The translations under genes and the position numbers were made by a program. A DNA stretch of 64,000 bases, from the NCBI GenBank assembly GCA_965235115.1, contig OZ249448.1:20522001-20586000 (forward strand), read 5' to 3'. Below, one piece after another: positions 1 to 12,000 of this stretch. Numbering within the stretch: the first letter of the stretch is position 1; each line of letters opens with the position of its first letter. The stretch comes from Laetmonice hystrix (taxonomy: Eukaryota). A model generated the notes under the pieces. It worked only from the letters and a program-made list of their open reading frames with translations, searched no databases and was not told the DNA's origin.

Positions 1-3000
1 ATAGACCACGTCATATGTGGCACTGCACCAACTGGGACAAAGGTGGGGGCGTTGTACACCCTCACGGTGCCGGCAGGGCAGTTGGCCACGGTGGAGTGCA
101 TCCTGTCAGAGAAGTGGTGCAGTAGTAAGATTAAAAACATCCTGGCTTTTGGACAAGCTTTTGATGATGTCATAAAACAACGCAGAGAAGAGGCAGATGA
201 ATTCTACAAAAAGGTCAGTTAGTCAAGTGATCCTGACATATAGTCTTTAAACAAAATTCGTTAGAAAGAAAGGGTATAATTTTTTAAATTTGTGTAAATC
301 ATTGACAACGTCGGGACCCGTAGTTATAATGATGCTGTATTGTACAGATTCTGCCAGCCCAGCTGACCGATGATGAGAGACTGGTGGCACGCCAGGCCTA
401 TGCTGGGCTCCTCTGGAGCAAACAGTTCTACTTCTATGGTGTCGAGGATTGGTCAAAAGGTAGTAACTAGGCCCCAGAAACATTTCTCCCCATTTGGCTT
501 TGTGAGAAATTGTGACTTGTGACTTTGTTAATTTGGCTCAACAGTATGAAGTGCATATATAGGAAATCTATCTTGATATGGGTTGCTGATTTTGACTCTC
601 ATAATTCTCAGCTCAATGGTTTGAAAAGTCCATGAATTCTAAGCTCCAGAGAGGAAATCAGAGACAAAGCTAAACATGCAGTGGCGCCACCTGGTGAACA
701 AAGACATCATCTCCATGCCCGATAAATGGGAATTTCCCTGGGTACTGTATCCTCTTATTTTCTTGTCTGAAAAGTATAGACATGGAGGATCATTTAGATT
801 TCGAATTTTTAAAAAGAGAATAGAGAATAGTAGTGATGAATTTGAAGAAATCTTCATGATTTGAATATGCTGTTAATGTGGACTGATTGTCAAAGGTATG
901 TACCAGTTCATGTAATATGAGAACTGTTGTGAAGGGAGAACAAAGACATACCACTAGTTAGCTATTGGTGGTGTACAGTCTGAGCCCTGTCCCCTCCTTC
1001 CCCTCTCACAGCATGCTCAGTCTCTCAGTTTGGTAATGTTGGTGGCAGTACGCAACCTGGGACCTCGCCTTCCACATGGTGCCATTTGCTGCCATTGACC
1101 TGGAGTTCACCAAGAACCAGCTCCTGCTGCTGCTGTCCGACAGGTACATGCACCCAAACGGACAGGTAGGGCATGCGGTCAAGCAGACAAATGATTGATT
1201 TATGTTCCAATGTCAGACTGAAAACTCGTGCCAAATGTTTGTCTGGACTATGAGCTATAGTACAGTGATGTTGTAGAGTTTTAGAGGGTAGATTACTCAG
1301 CAATCTAAGGAAGTAAGCTGGGTAGTTGGGGACTGAACTATGAATCGGGACCTTTCTGGTTACTTTTTCTATTGTTTCCATGTCACAGGCATGATGTAGC
1401 GATGCAGCTGTAAACGTTTATCAGCACAGGGCCCGGTTTCTCGAAAATACTTAAGTCTGAGTTTCACTCAACTTTACTCAACTCAGGAAATGGAGGATTT
1501 ACATTGGCTAAAAACGTTCTTTTGAGTAGATTTGAGTGAAACTTAGACTTAAGTATACTTAAGTATGTTCGAGAAATCGGGCCCAGAAGGTACGATTTGA
1601 ATACTTTCACTTTAACCCAGGTATGACATTTCTATTCAACAGCTTCCAGCATACGAGTTCAACTTCAGTGATGTAAACCCACCAGTCCATGCTTGGGCCT
1701 GCCTGCATGTGTACCGTGTGGGCAAGACACAAGGAATTGATGACACAACCTTTCTGAAAAAAGTCTTTCATCGGCTCCTACTCAACTTCAACTGGTAAGT
1801 CAGAAATTGCAACAATTGCTCAGATGCCATTGAAGAGTTGCATCCATATTAAGTTAATGGTTTAACAGTATTACGTCAAAGAGTGAAAAAAACGATTTTA
1901 AAGGGGATCTAATATTGCTTATAAATAAGGACTCATATTCTTAATTTTGGTATTTTTGGTTGTCTGATCTCTGAGGTGGATCAATCAGAAGAGTGTGGAG
2001 GGCAGTCACCTGTACTCTGGCGGATTTCTCGGGATGGATAACATTTCTGCTGTGGAGCGGTCACATCCCCCTGACGGCACAATTATCAAACAGGTAACTA
2101 AAGCAGACAATTCAAAAACTCTATTTTAAATTTGCATTCATCAGAGCTCCATATGAACAGGTGAATATCCTTAGAATATATCATCATAAAAGTCTATTTA
2201 CTTCATTTAAATTTTAAAGTGAATTTACTATATTTTACCCATATATTTCTATATAATTTACAGGTTGATGGGACTGGGTGGATGGCATTCTATAGCAGCT
2301 GTATGCTGCAGATGGCAGTGCATCTGGCAAGGCTGGATGAGGTCTATTCAGACCTGGCCATGCGATTCCTAGACCACTATTTAAGTATCATTAAGGATAT
2401 GAACGGCTTGAATGGTAAAATCTATGAATACGGGTAATCGTAACTAAGTCAACAAAATTTCTTTGTGATAACATTGATCAATGTTCCATCGGATGTAAAA
2501 AAGGTCATTTAGGCTTCTGTTTTTCTCCTATAGACCTAAATCTTTTTTTGATACACAGAAGAGTTTTCATATAATAAGTTGCTCAACCCAGACTCCTATA
2601 TAAATGTTCAAAGGTAAAGGAGAAAAACCTTTGCAAGAAGAGAAAGAGGATCACAAAGAGATTTCACTCCTCAATTGTAGGACTTTGGGACGTGACCGAT
2701 GCCTTTTACTATGACCAGATCATTGTGGAGGGAAGACCTCAGGTTGTGAGGGTGCGCTCTTTGGTAGGACTTCTGCCATTGGTCGCCGCAACCATCCTGG
2801 ACAATGACCAGATTTCTGAACTACCTGACATCAAGGGAAAGCTGGCCCAGGTGGTTGGCAGAGGAACTCAGAACGGGGTGAGTGAAACCTGCTATTTGTA
2901 TAGTCATGCAGTTTACTGTCAGTTGTTCTTTGGGAATCCCGTTCCAAAGATACACTGCTAAGGTACATATATCAGGCTCAGGGCCCGGATTTTTGTTTAC

Positions 3001-6000
3001 TTTTCAACCATGAGCAAGGGTGAGCTGAGCTGAGCAAGGGTGAGCATGAGCTCATGCTGATCATTTTCGTGTTTTGGGGGGTTTTTCCCCTGTGAGGCGT
3101 GCTCATGGTGAGCAAGCTTACGGGGGAAAAAAAAAACAAAAACGAAAATGGTGAGCAAAACGGTGAGCATGAGCTCATGCTGACCCTTTCTCAGCTCTGC
3201 TCACCCTTGCTCAGGGTGGAAAGTTAAAAAAAACTGGGCCCAGAAGTTACTCTTACAAATCTGATTTCTTGTAACGAATATCGCCATCATACGAAACTAT
3301 AAACCATGAGTGTGACAAAGATCTGATGTTGGTGTAGGTTACGAGAGCTACTAATGGTGACGCATGGCTGCTGAGTGTGGTCGACTCAGACAGACTGCGA
3401 GCCATCCTACATCGCCTCCTGGCAGAGTCGGAGTTTCTCTCCCCCTTTGGCATCCGGTCTCTGTCTAAGGTATGCATTGCTCATTACAGATGTCACGTAC
3501 CCACAGAGGGATATAAGTTTCTTTCTCCCTGGAGGAAGTAGCTGCTGGTAACAGACACAGTGACTGTCTTCCCAGGAGGTAAGATACTGTGACTGTCTCT
3601 CCAGGAGGTAAGAGAGATTTGTCATTTTGTTTTCTCCTGCAGGTCCACACTGAGCCATACAGCATCAAGATAAATGGCAAGAACCACTCCATCCACTACT
3701 GCCCAGGCGAGTCAGAGAGTGACATGTTTGGAGGCAACAGCAACTGGAGAGGACCTGTCTGGATTTGTAGTGAGTACTAACCATGAAATATTGTGGAGAT
3801 CTTGTAGAAATCACTGGTTGCGTGTACCTGAATACTAAGTCAGTGATGTGCATAAACTCCAGTTTTCATGGCTGTCCCCCCCCCCAGTGAACCTGGATGT
3901 GTAGAATATAAACATCTGTTTTCATGGCTGGCCCCCAAGTGAACCTAGATGTGTGGAATATAAACCTTCGTTTTTATGGCTGGCCCCCCAGTGAACCTAG
4001 ATGTGTAGAATACAAACCTCCGTTTTCATGGCTGGCCCCCCGGCGAACCTAGATGTGTAGACCTCCGTTTTCATGGCTGGCCCCCCGGCGAACCTAGATG
4101 TGTAGAATATAAACCTCCGTTTTCATGGCTGGTCCCCCCAGTGAACCTAGATGTGTAGAATATAAACCTCCGTTTTCATGGCTGGCCCCCCAGTGAACCT
4201 AGATGTGTAGAATATAAACCTTTGTTTTCATGGCAGGCCCCCCAGTGAACCTATAGATGTGTAGACCTCCGTTTTCATGGCTGGCCCCCCAGCGAACCTA
4301 GATGTGTAGAATATAAACCTCCATTTTCATGGCTGGTCCCCCAGTGAACCTAGATGTGTAGAATATAAACCTCCGTTTTCATGGCTGGCCCCCTAGTGAA
4401 CCTAGATGTGTAGAATATAAACCTTTGTTTTCATGGCAGGCCCCCCAGTGAACCTATAGATGTGTAGACCTCCGTTTTCATGGCTGGCCCCCCAGTGAAC
4501 TTAGATGTGTAGAATATGTACCTGTTTTCGTGGTTGCCCCTCCAGTGAACTTAGATGTGTATAACATAAACCTGCATCTTCACGGCTGTCCTTTCAGTGA
4601 ACTACCTCCTACTCGAGGCTTTGAGGACGTACAACCACTTTCTGGGGTCAGCGTTTAGGGTCAAGTTCCCAACGGATGGTGGGCAGGACTTGACCCTGGG
4701 GGAGGTGGCTGAACACATCACAAGACGCATTACAAACATCTTTCTGCTGGATTCAGCAGGCAACCGACCATGTCATGGTGAGAATTTATGCATTGTGATT
4801 GGGTTATTTTCCCACAGAACCATTCCTATGAAATCTTGGGTAGGGGATAGGGTAAGAGGCAGGGCTAGGTATGGGGAGATAGGGTAAGAGGCAGGGCTAG
4901 GTATGGGGAGATAGGGTAAGAGGCAGGGCTAGGTATGGGGAGATAGGGTAAGAGGCAGGGCTAGGTATGGGGAGATAGGGTAAGAGGCAGGGCTAGGTAT
5001 GGGGAGATAGGGTAAGAGGCAGGGCTAGGTATGGGGAGATAGGGTAAGAGGCAGGGCTAGGTATGGGGAGATAGGGTAAGAGGCAGGGCTAGGTATGGGG
5101 AGATAGGGTAAGAGGCAGGACTAGGTATGGGGAGATAGGGTAAGAGGCAGGGCTAGCTAGGTATGGGGAAATAGGGTAAGAGGCAGGGCTAGGTATGGGG
5201 AGATAGGGTAAGAGGCAGGGCTAGGTATGGGGAGACAGGGTAAGAGGCAGGGCTAGGTATGGGGAGACAGGGTAAGAGGCAGGGCTAGGTATGGGGAGAT
5301 AGGGTAAGAAGCAGGGCTAGGTATGGGGATATAGGGTAAGAAGCAGGGCTAGGTATGGGGAGATTTTTCATTTTCATCCCCATATATTGTGGAGATGTTA
5401 CGATACATCTGCTCCAGACACTATGTCGTTGTCTAATTGCAAACATGTTTTTTTTTTTTTTTCTTTACTTATCAAATAACGATATATCTTGATATTTAAA
5501 GCAGACAAGTTTAAGTTATTTCTCAAAATTGGTTGATCTATAACTGCAAGATGGGGATGACCAGAGCATTTATGGATCTGCTAACTAAACCACCTTGGAG
5601 AAAAGGCAGTCTGTAAGTTGACACTTTATATCCAAGCGTCAATTGCTACCTACAGGAGGCGAGGCGAGGTATGCCCAAGACGGCCACTGGAAGGATTTAG
5701 TCCTGTTCAGCGAGTATTTCCATGGTGATACTGGCAGAGGATGCGGTGCAAGGTAAGTTAAGATCAGTTAAAGGATTCTACAACCTTTTGCTTACTCTTC
5801 ACCAACAAAAACAAAGAGCTGCAAGTACATTTCACTGACCTGTGTAAACACAAAACAAAGACAAAAGATCCTCTGTTTCATAGATTTATTAGAAATTTAT
5901 GCTTCACATGTGTTTTTCATTGTAGCCACCAGACTGGCTGGACAGCTCTTGTGACATGCCTACTGCAGCAGCTAGAAGACCCGTCCACCGCTGTTAAACA

Positions 6001-6010
6001 GCTGTTGTGA
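1..6010 (+). CDS. Glycoside hydrolase family 63-like protein (YMR196W / mannosylglycerate-hydrolase-like subfamily), multi-exon, 5' part outside window
   Basis: Spliced exons encode family motifs: [14 protein letters not shown] (~370-430), [20 protein letters not shown] (680-741), AWDLAFH...RYMHPNGQ (1055-1163), [19 protein letters not shown] (~1640-1700), RSLVGLLPL (2755-2781), [13 protein letters not shown] (3430-3468), [13 protein letters not shown] (3724-3762), [13 protein letters not shown] (5703-5741), [10 protein letters not shown] followed by TGA at 6008-6010. GT-AG junctions keep the frame where checked. Confidence 0.9.
1430..1583. mobile_element. MITE, PIF/Harbinger-like (GGCCCGGTTT termini, 3-bp CAG target duplication)
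   Basis: Left end GGCCCGGTTTCTCGAA, right end TTCGAGAAATCGGGCC; CAG at 1427-1429 and 1584-1586; internal arms are also inverted (ACTTAAGTCT..AGTTTCACTCAA / TTGAGTGAAACTTAGACTTAAGT). Confidence 0.85.
2982..3240. mobile_element. MITE, PIF/Harbinger-like (same termini and CAG TSD, different body)
   Basis: Ends GGCCCGGATTTTT ... AAAAAACTGGGCC; CAG at 2979-2981 and 3241-3243; internal inverted TGAGCAAGGGTGAGC / GCTCACCCTTGCTCA. Confidence 0.85.
3862..4597 (+). repeat. ~52-bp minisatellite (about 14 units) filling a GH63 intron
   Basis: Unit GTTTTCATGGCTGGCCCCCCAGTGAACCTAGATGTGTAGAATATAAACCTCC; a shorter variant lacking the AATATAAA segment recurs every fourth unit. Confidence 0.95.
4843..5363 (+). 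repeat. 32-bp G-rich minisatellite (about 16 units) in a GH63 intron
   Basis: Unit AGGGCTAGGTATGGGGAGATAGGGTAAGAGGC repeated near-perfectly. Confidence 0.95.
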
Positions 6011-6630
6011 TGTGACTAATAGTAATACGTGATCTAGCAGATGGCCACAGTAAACCCGCTGTTGTTAATACAGCAGCAGCAGGCGGCAGTTTTTAATGGC
6101 TCCATAGAGTACCAATACAGCGATTGTAAAAATCATAATTGTTTTGTACAACGTCTGTACACAGTAAGTTTGGCTACTTGGATTGGTTTTAACAGGCATT
6201 ATATTCTCATCCTTTTCCTCTCTCCTCTGAATGTCCATTCATGATGTAGATTTAAAAGTTTTATGTACTCTGCCACAGATGGTAGGACCCAGGGGTCGTG
6301 GTCATGTACTCCTCTTACTATGATGTACATAATAAACCAGCTTAACAAAACAGAATGAATGATGAATGACTTCAGTATATTTTCAAGATTCTGTCCAAAA
6401 GCCTTGCATGTAAGCCAACGTCATGTACTAATAGTAATACAACTCTTTTCCTATCCGCCCTTCACAGTTACTTTTATTAACTAATATTCTCCACACATGG
6501 AAAAGCGCTTGATGACGGAATTCTAACAAAATCATCCCTTTCATTGAATCAGAAGATCGTGGCAGCACGTCAGTTCTGGCTAATGATAGCTCACTGTGCA
6601 ACCCAGTGTCCGTAGACTGCATCTGACGAC

Positions 6631-8095
6631 TCATTTTGAGGCAAATGTTTTACTATTCCAACCAACATCTTGACGGGCCATATCAATAAAGTTGATGTAG
6701 ATTCTACAAATGAAATGCAAAGAAATAGTTTAGGTTACATCAAAGTAAGATCTGGGATAACTGGCAGACACCAATCGCCATGCAAGAGAATTTTAAATAT
6801 ATGTAATAATTTATATTTGATTTATGTTTCTGGGATAACTGGCAGACACCAATCGCCATCCAAGAGAATTTTGAATATATATATAATAATTTCTATTTGA
6901 AATATGTTACAGTAATTTATACAGCACAAGCAAATATCAGTGCTGACTAGTTAGTCATTTATCATTAGCACAGGTTCAGTCTTTGATAACTCGGAGGTTG
7001 CAAGATGTTTAACAGTTCGAGAACTTACCCGGGGACTTGTCACACTTCAAATTGACAATTCCTTATCTATTCTGGGTCAAAGCAGATTGAAACGGCTCTA
7101 AAGGCTTGCCCTTGTCTATATACTAGTCCGTATGCTATTCACACTGACCTGACCTGACATGCAGGCAAGTGGATCTCACAACCCCTTGTAACTATTATCT
7201 CTTTCGAGCTATATATAGGCCTATACTTAAAGCACTATATAACGAGGCATTGACATACCTGTCTGGGGGGATGCCCAAGTCTTTGTTCATCTTCTCCATT
7301 AACACCTGTGTGTATTTCTGGTTTTCCTCAAGCCCAAGTTTTCCAATACATCTGACGGAACATAATGCGGCTGGTTCACTTGTCCCACCAAACATCAGCA
7401 TCTGGTCGGGGTTCACATGCACTGCTACAAACTGCACAAAAACACAATTCATATTTAAAATTTCTGTTAATTTACTCTACAGTTCAAACTTCCTGACTGC
7501 AAGTAGATGCCTACCTAACTGGTCAGCTGTCATAATTATCTTAATTGAATCAAACTGATTGAATTAAGACATTTGTATCAGAATTTAAAAATTAAATGGA
7601 ACAAAATAAATTGTATGCTAGATCTGTACATTGAGGATATATAGGGGAATATTATAGAGGAATCCCAGCAATTATAACTTATTTTTTACCAAATTATACT
7701 AAAGACTATAGTTGGTACATTTTCCATGAACTTTTATGTTTGATAAAAATTAAACCAAAATGGTTATATTTATAATTAGACCTACCGTACACATGCGTTT
7801 TATTTATTTTATTCAAATTGTTTATCTTTATAGCTGCCTTAGTATTTCTGTAGCCTACTTGTAGTCAACGTTAGGGTTAAATCCGTATGGCTATATGGCT
7901 CCCATAAGTAAACCTGGTTCCCCTGCCCGCCGCCCCGCTCCTTCCAACCAAGGCGGGTAACCTTTTACCTGTACTAACAACACCTACTGTTTCCGGCTTT
8001 CCTAACTGCTCCGACAACAGCTTCGTGGCTTCTTGTAGAAATTCCGCGGGCACGGCCGTTTTGGGAATATTCGTATCAATCACAAAGGCTGGCAT
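6631..8095 (-). CDS. MIF: Macrophage migration inhibitory factor, 117 aa, 3 exons (8095-7988, 7431-7259, 6703-6631)
   Basis: Spliced product MPAFVIDTNIPK...[38 protein letters not shown]...IPPDRIYINFIDMARQDVGWNSKTFASK*. It retains catalytic Pro1, Lys32, Ile64, Tyr95 and Asn97; the 108- and 173-nt first two coding exons match the vertebrate MIF layout. Confidence 0.97.
6751..6880 (+). repeat. Two-copy ~78-bp tandem duplication in MIF intron 2
   Basis: TCTGGGATAACTGGCAGACACCAATCGCCAT(G/C)CAAGAGAATTTT at 6751 and 6829. Confidence 0.9.
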
Positions 8096-8171
8096 CTTGT
8101 TCTGATCTTCTTGTCTCGGCCCAAGTCTAGACCACCAAAAGTATCGTGCTCTTTAATTAACCTCGACTGAA

Positions 8172-8476
8172 GCCCCACCTGGTGGTTTCCCATGTCTCGC
8201 AGGTATCGTCCACCAGGTGGCATACCGATTCCTCGAATTGTTATCGCGATACCTAAATCATATTGGCGGCAGGGCACAGCTGCAAATTTCCTTCAGCGCC
8301 TAAATGACATTCACAGGTTTGCTATTTTTAAAGATTGACAGTTTTTTTCTCAAGTAAACTGCAGAAGTTTATACGGGGTCTGTGTGATGTAGATTGCTTT
8401 TTAAGATGATTGTTGGCGCGATTTCAGAACAGCTTGATGTTGATGCCTCACGATAGATAACACAACAGGTGGCGCC
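8172..8476. promoter_or_regulatory. CTCF-like motifs in the MIF/MMS22L divergent promoter region
   Basis: CCACCAGGTGGCAT at 8210-8223 (+; 13/14 to CCASYAGRKGGCRS), an opposite-strand CCACCAGGTGGGGC at 8172-8185, and CAACAGGTGGCGCC at 8463-8476. Confidence 0.5.
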
Positions 8477-8744
8477 ACTAAATCCTGCATTCCAGTTTAG
8501 AAAATAATGTAATATAAATATGACACTTACAAGTTCAGATATCCATTATATTTCCTCCGTTATAATTAATTCATCAGTTCTGATATTTGCAACATGAGAT
8601 CTTTACACTATTCCTGGGATCTGTAAGAAATATGAACAATGTAGGTCAAAGATAAACTTATAAAACAGTTATACAGAACATATAAAACAAAGATAAACTT
8701 ATATTATTGTTATAAAACAGTCTAGCCAAATGACAAATGTATAG

Positions 8745-8959
8745 TCTGTTCGCTCTAAGAATAGAGCTCGGCCTCGGCCTCATTAAAGCTGTGTTATAAT
8801 TCATTTGGGGTAATACAGAACCACGTGAAATTTGGTCACATTATTAGTGACAGGCGGTCATGACTTGTACGTGATACGCAAGCTGTGCGTAGGCTAGAGG
8901 AGGGGGACAGGTCAGAGCTTTAATGAGGCCTAAGTCGAGCTTTTCTTAGAGCGAACAGA
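8745..8959. mobile_element. MITE with ~45-bp imperfect terminal inverted repeats
   Basis: TCTGTTCGCTCTAAGAATAGAGCTCGGCCTCGGCCTCATTAAAGCT ... AGCTTTAATGAGGCCTAAGTCGAGCTTTTCTTAGAGCGAACAGA; no TSD resolved. Confidence 0.8.
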
Positions 8960-9097
8960 GCTGAGGGGAAAAGAGGCCAACTTATTTCTCTTCTAAATTC
9001 TGCCTTAATTTTATGCTTTAGGTTTGTGTTGATGAATGGTGTAACGTTTTAGCATCACTACAAATGGTAAGCGGTGGATTGCTAATTGACCACCAAG

Positions 9098-12000
9098 ATG
9101 GATGATGCTCATGACAGTTGCTCCATGACGCCCCCATTGTCTCCAGTGATGGGAGAGGTCCTCCAGGATGACAACCCAAATCTCATGGAATCACCACCCA
9201 AAAGAATATGTCAAGAGGGTACAGTATAAATTGCCATGACTTTGTTAAATCCCTGCAAAAACGCCAAAGGCTAAGTTAAAATTGTATCTTGTCAAAAGTT
9301 GCAAAGTATCGGTTGTTTTTAATTCGGTCTTGGTTAAGCTTCATTCCCATCAAACTACATGTATATGATTTAATGGCTTAATTACTGCCCTTTAAAAAAA
9401 CTTTTTTGCAATTTTGTTAAAATATTTTATTTATTTTTTCAACAGAGTTCGATCCTGACAACCCAATATGCTTTGCCTGTCTTGGAGAAGTGGACCCTGG
9501 AAAAAATGTTCAGACACACGCACAAAGTTTATTACAAACAGGATACCTCGATAGGTAATACAAGTAACAAGTCCCAAGTGCTACAGATGGTGATGGACCA
9601 GATTGGGCAATACTTTGCAACCTTTGATTCATACAGCCCTCAGAAATCCCTTTCACTCAAATTTCAGAGACTTTGACAGGTTTTTTAAATGTTAAAATTC
9701 TTGCTGTGACTGTGTGTAGATCAAACAAGTGTCTCTCATTCATGTTGACTTGATTTTCCTCTGGCAGGTTATTCTCTGGCAAGTCAAACTCCAGGATGAC
9801 AGAGTGTCTGACTGTGGGCCTGTTTGGCCATCAGTTTGTCTGCCAGCTGGCTCTTGATGAAAACATGGACACACTCTTCTACCTGGCTGAGCAGCACATT
9901 GACCGGGTTGTCAGTGCAGCCACTGGATTGGGAGCTAATGCCAATGAAGCCCTTCATTATAGACAGGAAATGCAGCAGTTTTTCGGCTACATCCGATCCT
10001 ATATTCTTTGGTAAGGTGGCTTCTCCAGGGATGTAGTCTTTTAATATTATTTTCATTATCAATAAACATCCAACTCTTTATTTTTAGTAAACTGCTACTT
10101 TGAGGCAGAGGGAATGGCCCATCAGAATATCTTAAGGTTGATTCTCATAGGTACAGCAGCTCACGGGAGAGAAGTGATCGGTTCCTTGGCCGACTTCTGA
10201 CTCGTGTGAAAAGTTTACTGCTCCACGTCGGCTCCCTTCATCAACTCCCCACACATATCATCGGGACCTGTGCTTCTCGGCTTGGCAACCAGGTGAGACA
10301 CGGATTTCTTATGGAATGTAAAATTGCACATTTAAATAGCCCACAAGGGAGAAAGTGCTTTGTGGCCATAATCCCATTTGTTTTTGTAATGTTCAGAAAG
10401 AGAAAAATTTACCCTTTAATTTTTTCAGAGTCTGTTGGCGAGTTATCACACCTTTCACTTGCACCTTGAGGTCCAGTCATCATTTATAGAAATTCTTCAT
10501 ATTATATCAACCAAATTCCCAGGTAATATATAATCAAATATTATTTATAGGATCATATTTTATGAGTTAAGAAGTTGCCACTGCAGGGTTATAAAGAGGG
10601 AAAACCAAGTCAGGGTATTGCTTTCTACAATACATTGCCAGATTTCAAGAGCTCTTTAGTGATTGGGGAAATAACTTTGACCAGTTTGTAAATGAGAGCA
10701 GTGAGTTTGACCTGTTTGGATACTAGACCAGTGACCTTGACCTGCTTGTAGATTGGAACAGTAACCTTGACCTGTTTGAGACGGGTAGTGAGCACCTAAA
10801 CCAGGGGGATATGTTCAACCAGTGTCTCCGACTGCTGCTCTGGGATATCATCCTACTGGCCATGGCAACCCATGCAAAGGTTATCTGATTGGCATTTCTT
10901 CCTGTTTAAATTGATATCGTCTCTTTTGTGTTTTTCTTTCTTTCTGAAACTAAATTCCATGATGTAGCAAACAACAGAACTCATGGACACGATATGTTTT
11001 TGTTAACAGATGTCGGTGAATGACTACCCCCATCGCAGTCCTTTCTCATGTGCCTGTGTCAAGGAGCTTTGCGTGATGCTGGTTCACCTTCTTAACCATC
11101 GCCAGCAGAAGATGGCCAGACAGGTACTGCCACCTGGTGTTAAAAACACAACATACCCCCCCGCCCATCTTACCTCAAACTTAGTATGATTGGAATCCGT
11201 GGTAACACTAATCCTGACACAAGGTTTGCGTAGAAATGATAATTTCGTGTCAGATTGTGTAATCAGTCAGTGTTTTACTTGCAGTCATTCTGGGTGAGCC
11301 TGTACCCTGTTCTACAGACCGTCCTGATGAGCACTGAGCTGGATCACCATCAGCAAGCCACTGACAGTCAAGATCTTGGTAAGTTTGATGACAACCCTGT
11401 TTTATACAATAGTCCTTCAAGTTGCCATGGTCGCAGTGTCAGTTAACATTGTGGACAGCTCCAGGCAACAGGCTGTCAGTGGCTAGAGAAGTTGAATTCA
11501 AACTCAGAATGAAACATTTGTCATTGTGTATGATTTCACAGGCTGTGTATAGTATTGTGTTCAATATGTATTTGATAAAGTTCTGACTGATTGTTATTTT
11601 CAGATTGTGACAAGTTTGCCATGCCGCCCCCATTCCAGTGTGCCGACCCAATAGGTTTTTGCTGGTGGCTCCTCCTACACATTGCTCCATTATATCAATA
11701 TGATTTGTACGGCATTCCAAAGACAGCCAAACTTACAGTGAGATTACTTTGTAGAGCAGAACTACTCCAAACTTTTCTCTTAGTCATTTGCAAAGGCTTT
11801 TTTGCCATTCTTTTTGCAATTTATTGACGCATATCTCTTTACTCTATACGTTTATTGGTCTGTTATCATTTTCAAATGCTTTAATTCAGGAAGCTGGACA
11901 GAGTAATTATAATGCAGTGCTGGATCTTTTGAAGACTATGCTAGGAAATGTAAGTACCTCTCAGGAATTCTTTATCCCCCCCCCAATAAAGCAGACTACA

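Noticed and set aside
3862-4597. Regularly spaced repeats resembling a CRISPR array
   Set aside because: No unique spacers, no cas genes, and it lies in a spliceosomal intron; it is a minisatellite.
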